A DNA stretch of 64,000 bases from Neocallimastix sp. 'constans'. Its lineage: Eukaryota. The position numbers were made by a program, and so were the translations under genes. The stretch lies in contig JBODTK010000144.1 of NCBI GenBank assembly GCA_050613775.1, forward strand, positions 248,001-312,000. Reading direction: 5' to 3'. The notes beneath the pieces are model-generated. The model worked only from the letters and a program-made list of their open reading frames with translations. It was not told the origin of the DNA and ran no database searches. Every line of letters starts with the position of its first letter. Position 1 is the first letter of the stretch. This document shows positions 15,147 to 28,600 of the stretch, piece by piece.

Positions 15147-15721
15147 ACCAACAAGATCAAAAGTATAATTATAATATTTAAAATATAACCAAAAAAAAAA
15201 AAATTTTTTTTTCATTATTCTTTAATACTTATTACTATTTCAATAATCCATATTAAATAAAAAATAGAATAATTTTTTTAAAAATAAACTTTTTTGATAA
15301 ATTATTTTTTTTTTATTCTTCATTAACTTCTTTTTCTGTTTAATTTCTACTTTTTTTTTTAATTAACTTAAAAAAATATTAAAATAATTTATTAATCCAT
15401 ATATAATTGAATTTGTTTTATACTCTTATAATTATTTATTATTATTTATCATTGTAATTATTAAAATATTATTATATTGATTATTATTATTAATTAAACC
15501 TTACATATTATTATTAGTATTATTGTTTATAATATTATTAATATTTACTTCGTTTATTATTTATATCACATATATTAGTTTTTCTTTTTATTTTAATATA
15601 TCTCATTAGTAATAAAAATTTTTCTTGTTAATAAAATTTATATATATATATATATTTATAATTGAATTATTGTATTATTATTATTAGTAGTACTATTCTT
15701 ATATTATTATAATTATAATTA

Positions 15722-15761
<40 letters not shown>

Positions 15762-15974
15762 AGCAAATACTGTATCTATTTTTAATAATATATATGTAAA
15801 ATATATTTATCATATACATAATATGATATAAATACTTTTAATGAATTTATAATAATATTCTAAATAAAAAATTTATATTTATTTATTATGATAGAACTAT
15901 TATATTTTGAGAATTATATGAAACCTTTATATTTGATTTGTATCTCTCAATTATAAATCTTTTTTTTTTATTTC

Positions 15975-16236
15975 TCTAATAAAATATCAATTTTTTTTTT
16001 TTTTTTTATAATAAAATATCAATTTTTTTTTTTTTTTTATAATAAAATATCAATTTTTTTTTTTTTTATAATAAAATATCAATTTTTTTTTTTTTTATAA
16101 TAAAATATCAATTTTTTTTTTTTTATAATAAAATATCAATTTTTTTTTACATTCGCAATTATTGCAAACTTTAAACTTTTATTATTTATTCATTATAAAA
16201 ATATTTATATCAAGTATTTTTCTAATAAAATATCAA
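15975..16236 (-). mobile_element. Short retro-insertion (second LINE 3'-end family) with 16-bp TSD and tandem target+poly(A) repeats
   Basis: TSD tctaataaaatatcaa at 15975-15990 and 16221-16236. The minus-strand body ends aataaaagtttaaagtttgcaataattgcgaatgt(A)9, matching 48850-48880. Five further ataataaaatatcaa(T)n units lie between. Confidence 0.75.
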
Positions 16237-16831
16237 AATAAATAAATAATTTCCCTAAACTTATTAAATTTAGAATAAAAACTTTGTTCATATATTCATC
16301 GAATAATAAACTAATTTACATATATATGACAATTAATTTTCTACTATAAAGAGAATATTACTTCTTAATAGGACCTTGACCTTGCTAATCTATTTTATTA
16401 AATATCTATATTTTAAAAATTATTACTTTATATCTACATTTATATTAATATAATTACCAAAGTAACTTTTTTTTTTTTTTTTTTTTCTTTTACAGTTATC
16501 TTTAAATCATTATTTATTATAATTAAATACTCAATCAACAATAAATAATATATTAATAATAATAATAATAATATAAAAATGTAACATGCATTTTAAAGTT
16601 ATTTTTACTATTCAATAATGAATAACTACTATTAATGAATAATATATTTATCTAGTAAAAACTAAAATTCTCAATTACAACTATCTCTATTCCCCAATAT
16701 GAAGGTTTTATTTTTTTTTTAGCCGCAAATATTGCGAAGTTAACGAAATAGTAGTTAATAATTCACTACCAAAATGAATTAAATCAAGATATCTATTAAT
16801 TTATTCCCTTTATTTTTATTATTATTAGTAT

Positions 16832-16867
<36 letters not shown>

Positions 16868-17080
16868 GGCAGCAAACTTGTTTCATCTTTATTAATTAAA
16901 TATTTGATAAAATACACGTAATAAAATAATAAAAAGAAAGATAAAAAAATAAACAAAAAATAAAACACAAAATAAAAATAAAATAATGGTATAATATATT
17001 CTAGTTTCATTTAATATTTGTAAGACTTCACAAGGGCATTATTATACTGTAGTATAATAATTAATTTTGACTTCGCAATG

Positions 17081-17142
<62 letters not shown>

Positions 17143-18112
17143 GATATAAACATTTTTATTTTTACTGTTTTTTGATTTAACTATGTAAATACTTATAATA
17201 TTTATTATAATATATATATATTAACAAATATATATAATATTTAATTTCTACATTATTTATTTTATTTTAATTAAATAAAATAGTATATCATCTTTTTATA
17301 TAATTAATTTAAAATATATATATTTGATGTACCTTACATCTAATCCAATTTTTGTTTATTTTTTTACTAAATTTTATCTTTTTTTGATAAATTAAAAATT
17401 TAATTTAAAATAAAAATTTGAAATACTATTAAATTTAAAACATATAAAATTTAATTACATAAACTAATACATAATTATATATAACTAAAATCCATAAAAA
17501 AAATGCAATATATATAAATTTTATTAACAAATTACAATTACACTTTATATCTCTCCAACTTCATATTATATTTAACAATTTATAACAATAAATTCCATTC
17601 ATATAACACAATTTAAACATAATCTATTATAATTTTTTTTTTTTTTTTAAATTTTTTATTAATGCTTGTTTTATTGATTAATTAAATAATAATATATTTT
17701 ATATTATTTATATTTAAATAAATTAATATTTATAAAAAAATAAAAAAAAAATTAAAAGGAAAAATTATTAACAATTTCTTTATTAATAATTTTCTTGAAT
17801 TATAAAAAATGGTATAAAAATATTTTATAATATTTATATTCAATTTCTTTATAATTCGGTATTTAAAAAATATATTGAAAATATTTATGTTTATGTATAG
17901 TATAATATATTATAGTGGCTGTTTTAAATATTATTTCCAAAAATTAAGTAAAGTTATTTATCATGGATTATCTTTAAAAAAAGTATATATAAGTATCTAA
18001 GATATTTTGGGATAATTCATTCTTAACATTTACTTCCTTTAATGAATTTAAATTCAAAATGGAAATAAAAAAAACAATTCAGATTTTATTCTAAAGATGT
18101 AGTGCATATAAT

Positions 18113-18532
18113 TTAAACTTTGTTCTTTGGGTTATCTGGAGATACCTTCCACTATTGTTTAAATTTATTAAAAAAAATATATATATACATAAAAAAAAAT
18201 ATTTAATTAAATAATTCTCAATTACTAATTTAAAAAATAATTTAATGTTATTTTTTATGCTTACTCTTTGAGCAGCTTCCTTGAAAGCAGCCTTGTGGGT
18301 AATATTTGGTTGTTCAGCCTTAATCTTTGGAAGTTCTTGTTTCATGAATTGGTTATATGGGGTTAAAGCTCTCTTTGGCTTTTGAACTATTTTATATTTT
18401 ATTATAAATTTTTATTATATTAATAAATATATTTATTAAATAAAATTAACTTCATACTTCTATGTTACTATAATATAATAACAATATCTAAATAAACTTA
18501 CCATCCTTCTTTTCCTTAGCGACCTTTGGCAT
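18113..18532 (-). CDS. 63-aa YABBY-domain / HMG-box-like small basic DNA-binding protein, 3 exons
   Basis: Exons 18532-18502, 18386-18265, 18151-18113 give MPKVAKEKKDVQKPKRALTPYNQFMKQELPKIKAEQPNITHKAAFKEAAQRWKVSPDNPKNKV*. This matches the YABBY helix-loop-helix pattern YNxFxKxExxxIKAxxPxIxHxxAFxxAAxxW. Confidence 0.88.
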
Positions 18533-20099
18533 TTCGGTATAAAATTTAAATAATTATAAACTTTCAAAAACTTTTAATTTGATTTTAGTTTGCGTTTAAT
18601 TTTGAATTATATATATATAATTCTTATTATTATAAAATATGATAAAATTATATTAGAAAAAAAATTATATGAAGAAAATTTTTGTCCTTTTTATATTATA
18701 ATTTCTTTTCCTTTTTTTTTTTTTTTATTTTAAATTTTTTTAATTTTCTTATAATATTTATTATATTAAATTACTATATAATAAATATTAATATTATTTA
18801 TTATATATATTCTATTTAAAATTAGTAATATCAAATATTAAAATATAAAATTATATTATATAATATATTAATAAAACTTATTTCAATTAATTTTTGTATA
18901 ATAATATATAAATAATATATATAAATTAAAATTATATACATTAATTAAAAAATATAAAATATAATGTATAACTAAATAAAATAAGATTTTGTATATAATA
19001 AATATTATATAATATTAAAATAAATAGGCTTTATATAATTTTATAAATTCTATATAAAATTATATAAATATATTCATAAATATATTCTATAGATAATATA
19101 TTATTAATAACATTTGAATATATTTATATTTAAATTAATATTATTTATTATCAATAGCATATAATAATATATTATAATATATAAAAAGTTTAAAAGGACT
19201 ATACTTTGTATTATATTAAATTATTACGTTTTAATATATATAAATATAAATTATTTTATTTTTATATATAATTAATTTAGATAATAATATATATAGTATT
19301 TATCTAATGATAGAGTATAAATATAATTATATTTAATTACATAATATATAATTAATATAAAATATTATTATTAGTATTTTTATTATGTATTAATATATTG
19401 TAACATATATATATTATTATTATATTTGTTATTATATTTGTTTTTATATTATTTGTTTTTATCATATTAGATATAATATTATTATAATTATTACTATTAT
19501 TATATTTACTTTTATTAATAGCATTATAATAATCATTTATAATTTTATATCAAATAATATAAAATTATTATAATTATATATTATTAATAGTATTATTTTT
19601 ATATAATTATAATTATAAATAATATTAAATAATGTCAGTGATTATAACTATTACAAATCATATTTAGTATTAATTATTATTATTAATATTATTTAAATTA
19701 AATATGTCACTATTTATTTATTATTAGTTTTCTATATTCCATTATTGATAATCTTTTATTATTATTTATTAGTATTATTTATTTATTATTATTTATTACT
19801 ATTTATTATTATTTGTTATTATTATTATTGTTTATTATTTATTATTTATTTATAATTATATCTATATTATTAATATAACTTTCTATTTATTAATTATTTG
19901 TTATTATTTGTTATTATTTTATTATTTATAGTATTTATTATTTATTTTAATTATTAACATTTACTATAATTATATAAATTATATTTAATTAATAATAAAT
20001 TAGATAATAATACTATTTGTTAAAAGTCATACTATAATAATAAATAATATTTTTTAAAAAATCAATTATAAAAATCGAATGATCAATAGAAAAAAGGTA

Positions 20100-20960
20100 T
20101 AATTACTATTTATTATTATTTACTATTTATTACTATTTATTATTATAATTTATTATTATTTAATATTTTTTATTATTATAATTTATTATTATTTACTATT
20201 TATTATTTATTATTATAATTTATTATTATTTACTATTTATTATTATTTATTATTATAATTTATTATTATTTACTATTTATTATTATTTATTATTATAATT
20301 TATTATTATTTACTATTTATTATTATTTATTATTATAATTTATTATTATTTTTACTATTTACATTATTATTTATTATTATAATTTATTATTACTCATTAC
20401 TATAATAATAAAAACTAATATTAAACGATTATTTTATTATTACTCATTATTATAATAATAATAAAAAGTAATATTAAACGATTATTTGATAATAATTACT
20501 ATTATTCATTATTAAAAAATATTATTATTTGACAATAATTATTAAATTTTATTATTTAAGGGATTATTTTAAAACGTTCTTATTCTATTCTTTTATTAAT
20601 TATTATTAAATATTTATATAATTATTGTCATATTACTTATTTAGAACTTATTTATTATTTATTATTTATTATTTATTTATTATTTATGATTATTGATTAT
20701 TGATTAGTTATGATTTATTAATTATTAATTATTTATTATTTATTATTTATTATTTATAATTTATTTATTTTATTTATTTATTTATTTATTTATTTATTTT
20801 ATTTATTTATTCATTTATTTATTTATTATTTATTATTTATTATTTATTATTTATTATTTATTATTTATTATTTATTATTTATTATTTATTATTTATTATT
20901 TATTATTTATTATTTATTATTTATTATTTGTTATTTATTATTTATTATTTATTATTATTT
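20100..20960. repeat. AT-only mini/microsatellites (tattattatttactattt-type units, then (ATTTATT)n)
   Basis: Directly visible. A similar (ATTTATT)n tract lies at ~23470-23810. Confidence 0.85.
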
Positions 20961-23900
20961 ATTAAACAAACAGGAAATACATGACAGTAATTATAATTAT
21001 TATAGTTCAATAAACTAATTGAAAATAATTTTTTATTTAAATAATTATAACTATTATATTTTTTGTTTATTTTATAACTATAAATATTTTATATTTTTAA
21101 TATTTAATAAATACTTTTTAAATAAAAATAATAATATAATAAAGAAAATTAATAAAAATAAGTATAATAATAAATTGCCTTTTTATCAAAAAAGATATTG
21201 AAATAAGCTTATTCATTTTCATAAATATTAAAAAAAAATTTATGAGGTATAGTTTATTAATTAAGATTAATATTATAAGAAAGTATAAGAAAAAAATTTT
21301 TAAAAAAAATTAGCCTGAGTTGTCCATTTTCTTAATAATAAATTTTTAAATTTTATATATCAATTATAAATATTATTATTACTTATTATTATCTTATATC
21401 TATTATCTATTATCTATATTTATTAAATATTATAAATAAATTAATATTTATCTCAAACTTTTTATAAAAAAAAAAAAGTAATAGTAGACAATAAAATAAT
21501 TTTAAAAAAAAAAAAAATTTTTTTGAACAATAAGTTTTTCTTTTTTTATATATGAGTATTAGTCATTTATAATAAAATAAGAAAAAAAGGTTTTAATATT
21601 GCATATCATAAAAATAATATTTTATATTCAAAAAAATTACAAAATATTGATAATAGGTACAAAAGAATTAAGAGCATGAAAAATATTATAATTCCCTTTA
21701 ACATAAAAATTCCTAATTACATAATTATATAAATTATAGTATATAATAAAAATAATAAAGTTTTCTTATTAATAGACTCATTTTGTATTTAAATATTTAA
21801 TTATAATTAATACTACAATTAATAATAAATAGTTATATATAATTAAATATTAAATATTTGATTTTAGCTTAGTTTATTTATTTATTTATTATTTATTTAT
21901 TTATTTATTATTATATATATAATTATATCTATAATTATATCTTTATTAATTATTATTAATTTTATAGGTATTTCCTATTTATTTTTAATAAATATAACCT
22001 TATAATAAAATTTTATATTAAATTATAATATTAGCAAATAGTATTTATCATTTATAATAAAAATTTTTTCTATTTATATTAAATATAATAAAAAAAAGTT
22101 TATATTTAATAAATATTTGTTCATAAAAAGTATTTGTTTATTATAAATAATATATTTGATATGGTTAATTATTATTTGCTATTAAAAAATACTATTATTT
22201 ATTATTTATTATATATAAGTTTATTAATAATTATTAATATATAATTCTAATAACTAATAATAATATTATAAAAATTATTATAAAAACTATCAATAGGTTA
22301 ATAATAAATTTATATAATATTTATTTATAATTATATATGGATAGATTCCATGAAGTTTAGGAATGATACAAATTTAAATGATAGAACGACTTTAATAGTT
22401 ATTTCCTAATTATTGAAAGATAAGCTTATAAAAATATAATTTTAAATTTTAATATTTCATATGTATTAGAGATTTCTAATAAATAGTAAATATATATATA
22501 ATTAAATTATAGTATTATTTAATATAATTATAAATATTTATTATTATTATAGTTATTTAAGATTTGTTATTTGTTATTAATTACATTATTTATTATTTAT
22601 ATTTTTCAATTAATTATTATTATTTATTATTTATTATTCAATTATTTTTTATTATTATTTATTATTTATTATTCAATTATTTATTATTATTATTTATTAT
22701 TTATTATTCAATTATTTATTATTATTCAATTATTTATTATTAATTATTTATTATTTATTATTATTTATTATTAATTATTTATTATTTATTATTATTTATT
22801 ATTGAATAAAAATATTGTCTAATAAAAAATAACAATGAAGAAAATATTAATATACAAATAGACAATTTTTATATATTTCTTAAAAATACAATAATTTTAA
22901 CTTCTTTAAGCCCTTAATTCTATATTAACTTTTTAATATTATTCATCATATGAATAATGTAATAGCCAATGAATAATTAAATAAATACATTGTTTTTTTT
23001 GTAATTTTGTTGTACCATACAATCTATTAATTCTTTTTTTATGAATTTAAAAATCCCTAAATAGTAATAATAATCCATTGAATTTTTTGTTTAAATCTTA
23101 TATATTTTTTTTACTAATATTTATTAAAAAAAAAGGATAATAAACATTTATAAATATATATAATAGTTTTATATAAAATAAAACTTATATATCATATATA
23201 ATTGATATATTCAATATATTTTTTTTTATCATTAATTATTTAATATATATTAATATTACATTATATCCATATTATATAATTAAATATAGTAATTAAATAA
23301 TGATAAAAAAAATTTTTTGAATAATATGTAATATATATTAATATTACATTATATCTATAATATATAATTAAATATTAAATATTATTCAATAATTATTTAT
23401 TATTATTTATTACTTATCAATAATTATTTATTATTTATTAATTATTAACTATTTATTATTAATCAATAATTATTTATTATTTATTATTTATTATTTATCA
23501 TTTATTATTACTTATTAATTATTTATTATTTATTATTTATTATTTATTATTTATTATTTATTATTTATTATTTATTATTTATTATTTATTATTTATTATT
23601 TATTATTTATTATTTATTATTTATTATTTATTATTTATTATTTATTATTTATTATTTATTATTTATTATTAAATTATTTATTATTATATTATTTATTATT
23701 TATTATTCAATTATTTTTTAATTATTATTTATTATTCAATTATTTTTTAATTATTATTTATTATTAATTAATTTTTATTTATTATTTATTATTTATTATT
23801 TATTATTTATTACCATTTATTAAATCATGAATTATATAGGTTAAATATATTTCTGTGAATAATTCAAAAAATTAAATTTTCCTATTAAAATTAACAAATT

Positions 23901-25486
23901 AAATATTAGAAATAATACTTTAATTACTTAATGCCCTATGATAATTGTTTGGCTTATATCATATAATATAATTGGTAAATTCTTTCCACTGAGTTGTCCT
24001 ATTCAGCTACATACAGTTTCAATTTTGCTACAAAAAAATAAACTTCTATAATTATTAAAAATAAGTCAATATAATAAGTTTATATATAAATTTATATATA
24101 GTAATTAAAATAAAAAATTATATATTAAATGTTATTAATTAATGATTAATAAACTTTTTATATTCAAAAAAAAAAAGTTACTTTAATAAATAATAAAAAC
24201 GTATTTAATAATTAAACAATAATAATTTTTAAAAAAATAAAAAAAAAGTATTGATAATTAATAAATATTTACAAATTTTAACTATATAATAAAAAATAAA
24301 ATTTTCAATTATAAAATGTAAATTATAATTTTAAAATATGATATAAACTAAAAAATATTATATAAAAAAAGATATATATATTTATATCTATAAACATTAT
24401 GCATAGTATTATTAAATAATTATATTTTATTTTTATAATTAATATTTAAACTATTATTTATAATAGCTTTAATTTTTATGATAGATAAAAAAAATATGTT
24501 AATTATAAACCTTAATAATACTATATATATATTATTTAGTATTTAAATTATTTATAATTGTATAAATTATGATAAATAGGTTTACTCTTATTAATAAAAA
24601 ATAAATAATTATAAACTTACTATATATTATTAAAAGTATTATAATATTATAGTATAAAATATTAACCAATATTATTTTTTTTATGAAATTTTTTTAAATA
24701 TCAATATAAAAATTACTCTAATTTTTATTTCTATTATTAGTTTTTTTTTTATAATCCTATATTTAGTATTATTAATAATATAATCTTTTTTTTTATTTAA
24801 TATTTATTATTATTAGTATTGAAGTTAAATAATATAATTATCCACTAATCATTATATTTAAATTAATAATATTTTTATATTTCTATTTTAAAGAAAGTCT
24901 AACCCCTTTGTTATGGGTTAAGTTAATATAATTCAAAGTGAAATATTTTACATCTTTACAATTAATAATTAATTTAAAATTTCTAGTATTTATCTAAAAA
25001 AATTATTAATATCAATTAAAAAAAAGTATTTAGATATATAAACAAAAAATAAGCTTTTATAACTACTATTTATTTAAGAGCTTAATTTGTTGTAGATAGA
25101 ATTAAAATATAAAAAATAAGAGCAAACAACAAAAACAATTATATAATTATTCCAAGGTCCTTTAATCCTCATTTTATGAATAATTTTGGTTTTTTTTTAT
25201 ACTACGTAAAACTAATTTAATTGATGTGACTAATTTGACACATGTATTAATTTAATTTCGTAAATGTATCATAAACTTGAATAATACATATTACCAAATA
25301 AATTAAATAATTAATACAATTTTTTATTATTGATTACAAAGCTACTTCTATTATATTGTAGCTATATTTTTTATATTTATTTTTATTATTAAAATAATTT
25401 AAAATATATAAGATGAAGTTTGTAATAGAAATATATTCTTAATTGACTTTATTAATAATTAATAGTAATTGTAAATAATATACTAC

Positions 25487-25640
25487 ATAATTTCTTATTT
25501 TTTTTTAATTTTTTTTTCATAATTTCTTATTATTTTTTAATTTTTTTTTCATAATTTCTTATTATTTTTTAATTTTTTTTTACATAATTTCTTATTATTT
25601 TTTTTTAAATTTTTTTTTATAATTTATTATTTTTTATTAT
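25487..25640. repeat. Minisatellite CATAATTTCTTATT(ATT)(T)nAA(T)n, 4-5 copies
   Basis: Directly visible, ~32-bp period. Confidence 0.85.
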
Positions 25641-28600
25641 TTCTTTTCAATTTTTTTTCTTTATAAATTTTCAAATTTTCAAATTTTAATTTTTTTAATT
25701 TTTAATTTTTTTTTTTTTTTTTTTTACAAAAAATTTATTTTTGGAATAATTTCATTTTGAAATTTTTTTTTTTTCAGATCAAAGATTTTTTTTTAAAAAA
25801 AATGGGGTGTTTATTTTTTTAAAAATAGGGTGAATTTTATTTAAATTTTTTTTTTCTTGGATTTTTTTGATTTAAAGTATTTTTTAACCTTTTTTTTATT
25901 TTTTTGATTTTAACAATTAGTGATATTTTTATATAATGTACATTAATATATATTGATAATATAATTAATATATATGTGAATAAGGTTTTAACAGTTTTTA
26001 TATATAAATATATATTATATAATATATTATTTTATTTATTTTTCAAATTATTATTAATTAAAGTTTAAATTCATGAAAGCATTTTGTACAATAAAAAAAT
26101 TCCTATTTTTAGTATAATTATTACTTTTAATTAATTTTTTTTTTTAAAAAAAAACACACACACAAAAAAAAGATTCATTCCACTTTAATTCCAAACTTAT
26201 ATTAATATAAAAATTTTAATAATAAATATATATATCAATATCTATTCTATTTATTTAAAAAATAATAAATAATTTCTCTAACAAATCGGATTTAATAATT
26301 TAGAACAAAATAGGGTTAGTTTAATTTTTTTTATTGAAAAGTTCAAAGTATTAACATTTTTTTTTCTTCTTTTTTTTTGGTTCTTTTTGTTAAATATTAA
26401 ATAGATATTTCATATTATAAATGATAGTTTATTAGATTACCAAAAATTTTTAACATAATTTAAATATCGTTGTAGTAAATGTCATAGTTATCCTTTCTAT
26501 TTTCCTTTAAGATATTTTCAATAAATATATCTTTATATAAACATTTCCAAAAAAAAAAAAAATTATTTTTTTTATATATATATGTAATATTCAAAAATAA
26601 AATCAAAAAAAATTAAAAGAATCAAAAAAAAAAAAATAAATAAAATATAAATAATTAAAGTTATTTCCTAATCCTTATATATATTATATATTATAATAAT
26701 TTAGTTTAATAGATTATTATTATCATTGTTTGTTTGCAATCTATGAAAATTTAAAAAAAAAAAAAAAAAAGTCTTCCGCAAATTTTATTTTATTATTTCA
26801 TTTTATATCTAAACTTTTATAAAATAGTAATAATAGTACTTAATTATAGTACATTCATAACGATTAAAGTTTTTTATGAGTTTTCTATTTCTTCTATATT
26901 ATCTAAATTACAAAATAATAAATAGAAAATTTAATTTATATTCTTGTAGTATATTCTTCTATATTATTATTTATTTATTTATTAATTTTTTTTTTTTAAA
27001 AATGTAGATTTTTTACTATAATTAAGTTTAAAATATATATATATATTTTTTTTTTTTTTTGGAATTTTAATTTATTTAAAAAACATGATTTTATTTGAAA
27101 AAAAGTTTTTTTCATTCAATTTTATGGAAAATGTATAATTCTTTAAGAACAATATTAAAAATATATTTTATTTTATACTTTTATAATGGAAAAACAACTT
27201 AGTAACTTTAATATGATTTAATATTTAAAATAAGTATTTAAACCATGATAATAAATTATTTTATATTTTATTTATAATTATATTGTCCTTTTTTTTTTTT
27301 ATTGGATATTTGTATTATTTATATTTATTAAAATTGTTTTTATTGAATTTAAATACTATTAATTCTTACTAATATTAATATTATTACTACTATTACTACT
27401 ATTAATAATAATAATAGTAGTAACAGTAGTAGTAATAATATTACTGTTATTGAATTTTTTTTTTTAAAAGTATAATCTTAAAGAATATACAGAAGCATAT
27501 TAGATAACGTAAAATTTTTTTAATAATAAAATTAAATCTAAAGATTAATATTATTTCTTTCCCTGAATTAATAACTTTTTAGAAAAAATGTCATCATTGG
27601 ATAAAAATTAATAATGAGTTTTAAATAATTATTTATATTATTATTATTTTTTTAATATTTACTTGTTATATATATTACTATTTCATTATATTGCTTTATT
27701 TTTTTAACTCTTTATTCCTAAATTCATAAGTATTTATATCATATAAAATATAAAATTTTATATTTTACATTTAATCTATTAGTGGGATATATACATACAT
27801 ACATACATATACTTTTTTTAAAATGTTTGGAAATACCATTTAAATTTTAAAACAGCCAAAAGTACCTATAATCTATTAAAGCCAATTATTGTTTTAAGAT
27901 ATAATAGAAGTTTAATTAATAGTATTTTAAAAAAAGAAATAATAAATAGTAAAAGTATCTACAGTATATTATATTTTATAATAATTAAAAATACTAGAAA
28001 CATTTTAATAAAAAAAAGAAAAAAATTTATTTTTTGTAACTATTTTTTTATTTAGTATAAAGGAAATAATTTAAATTATTATATATTTATAAAAAAACGT
28101 AACATATTAATATAATTCATAATATATCATATTTTTAATGGAATCTTTATTATATGCTATTTGTGTTCATGATTATTAATGTTTATTAATATTTATATCA
28201 TAAAATATTCTTATATCATTTTTATTGAAATAAATTTAATATATAATTTAAAATTAATTATTATTATAATAGTTATTGTTTCAAAATAAAAGGATATCTA
28301 TATAAATTTTTATATAATAATTATTATTAATTTTTATATAAGTATTTTTATTGCTATAATTCTGTAAAGATATTATTATTATTTTTATTTAAATTAATCT
28401 TCAAATTAATATTGTTAAATTTTACAAAATTATTTTAATTATTAATCATAAAAATTTTGTATTAAAATTTAATAATGTTTATATAAACAAATCTATAATA
28501 AATTTTAAAAAAAATTTCTCAGATGTTTAGTTATTTTGTAATTAAATTTTTATTTTAATTTTTCTTTATAATTACAAATTATTATAAAATATAAAATTTA

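Noticed and set aside
21315..24000. Shared 11-mer ctgagttgtcc at ~21315 and ~23989
   Set aside because: Only two copies with unrelated flanks; this cannot support an element or regulatory site.
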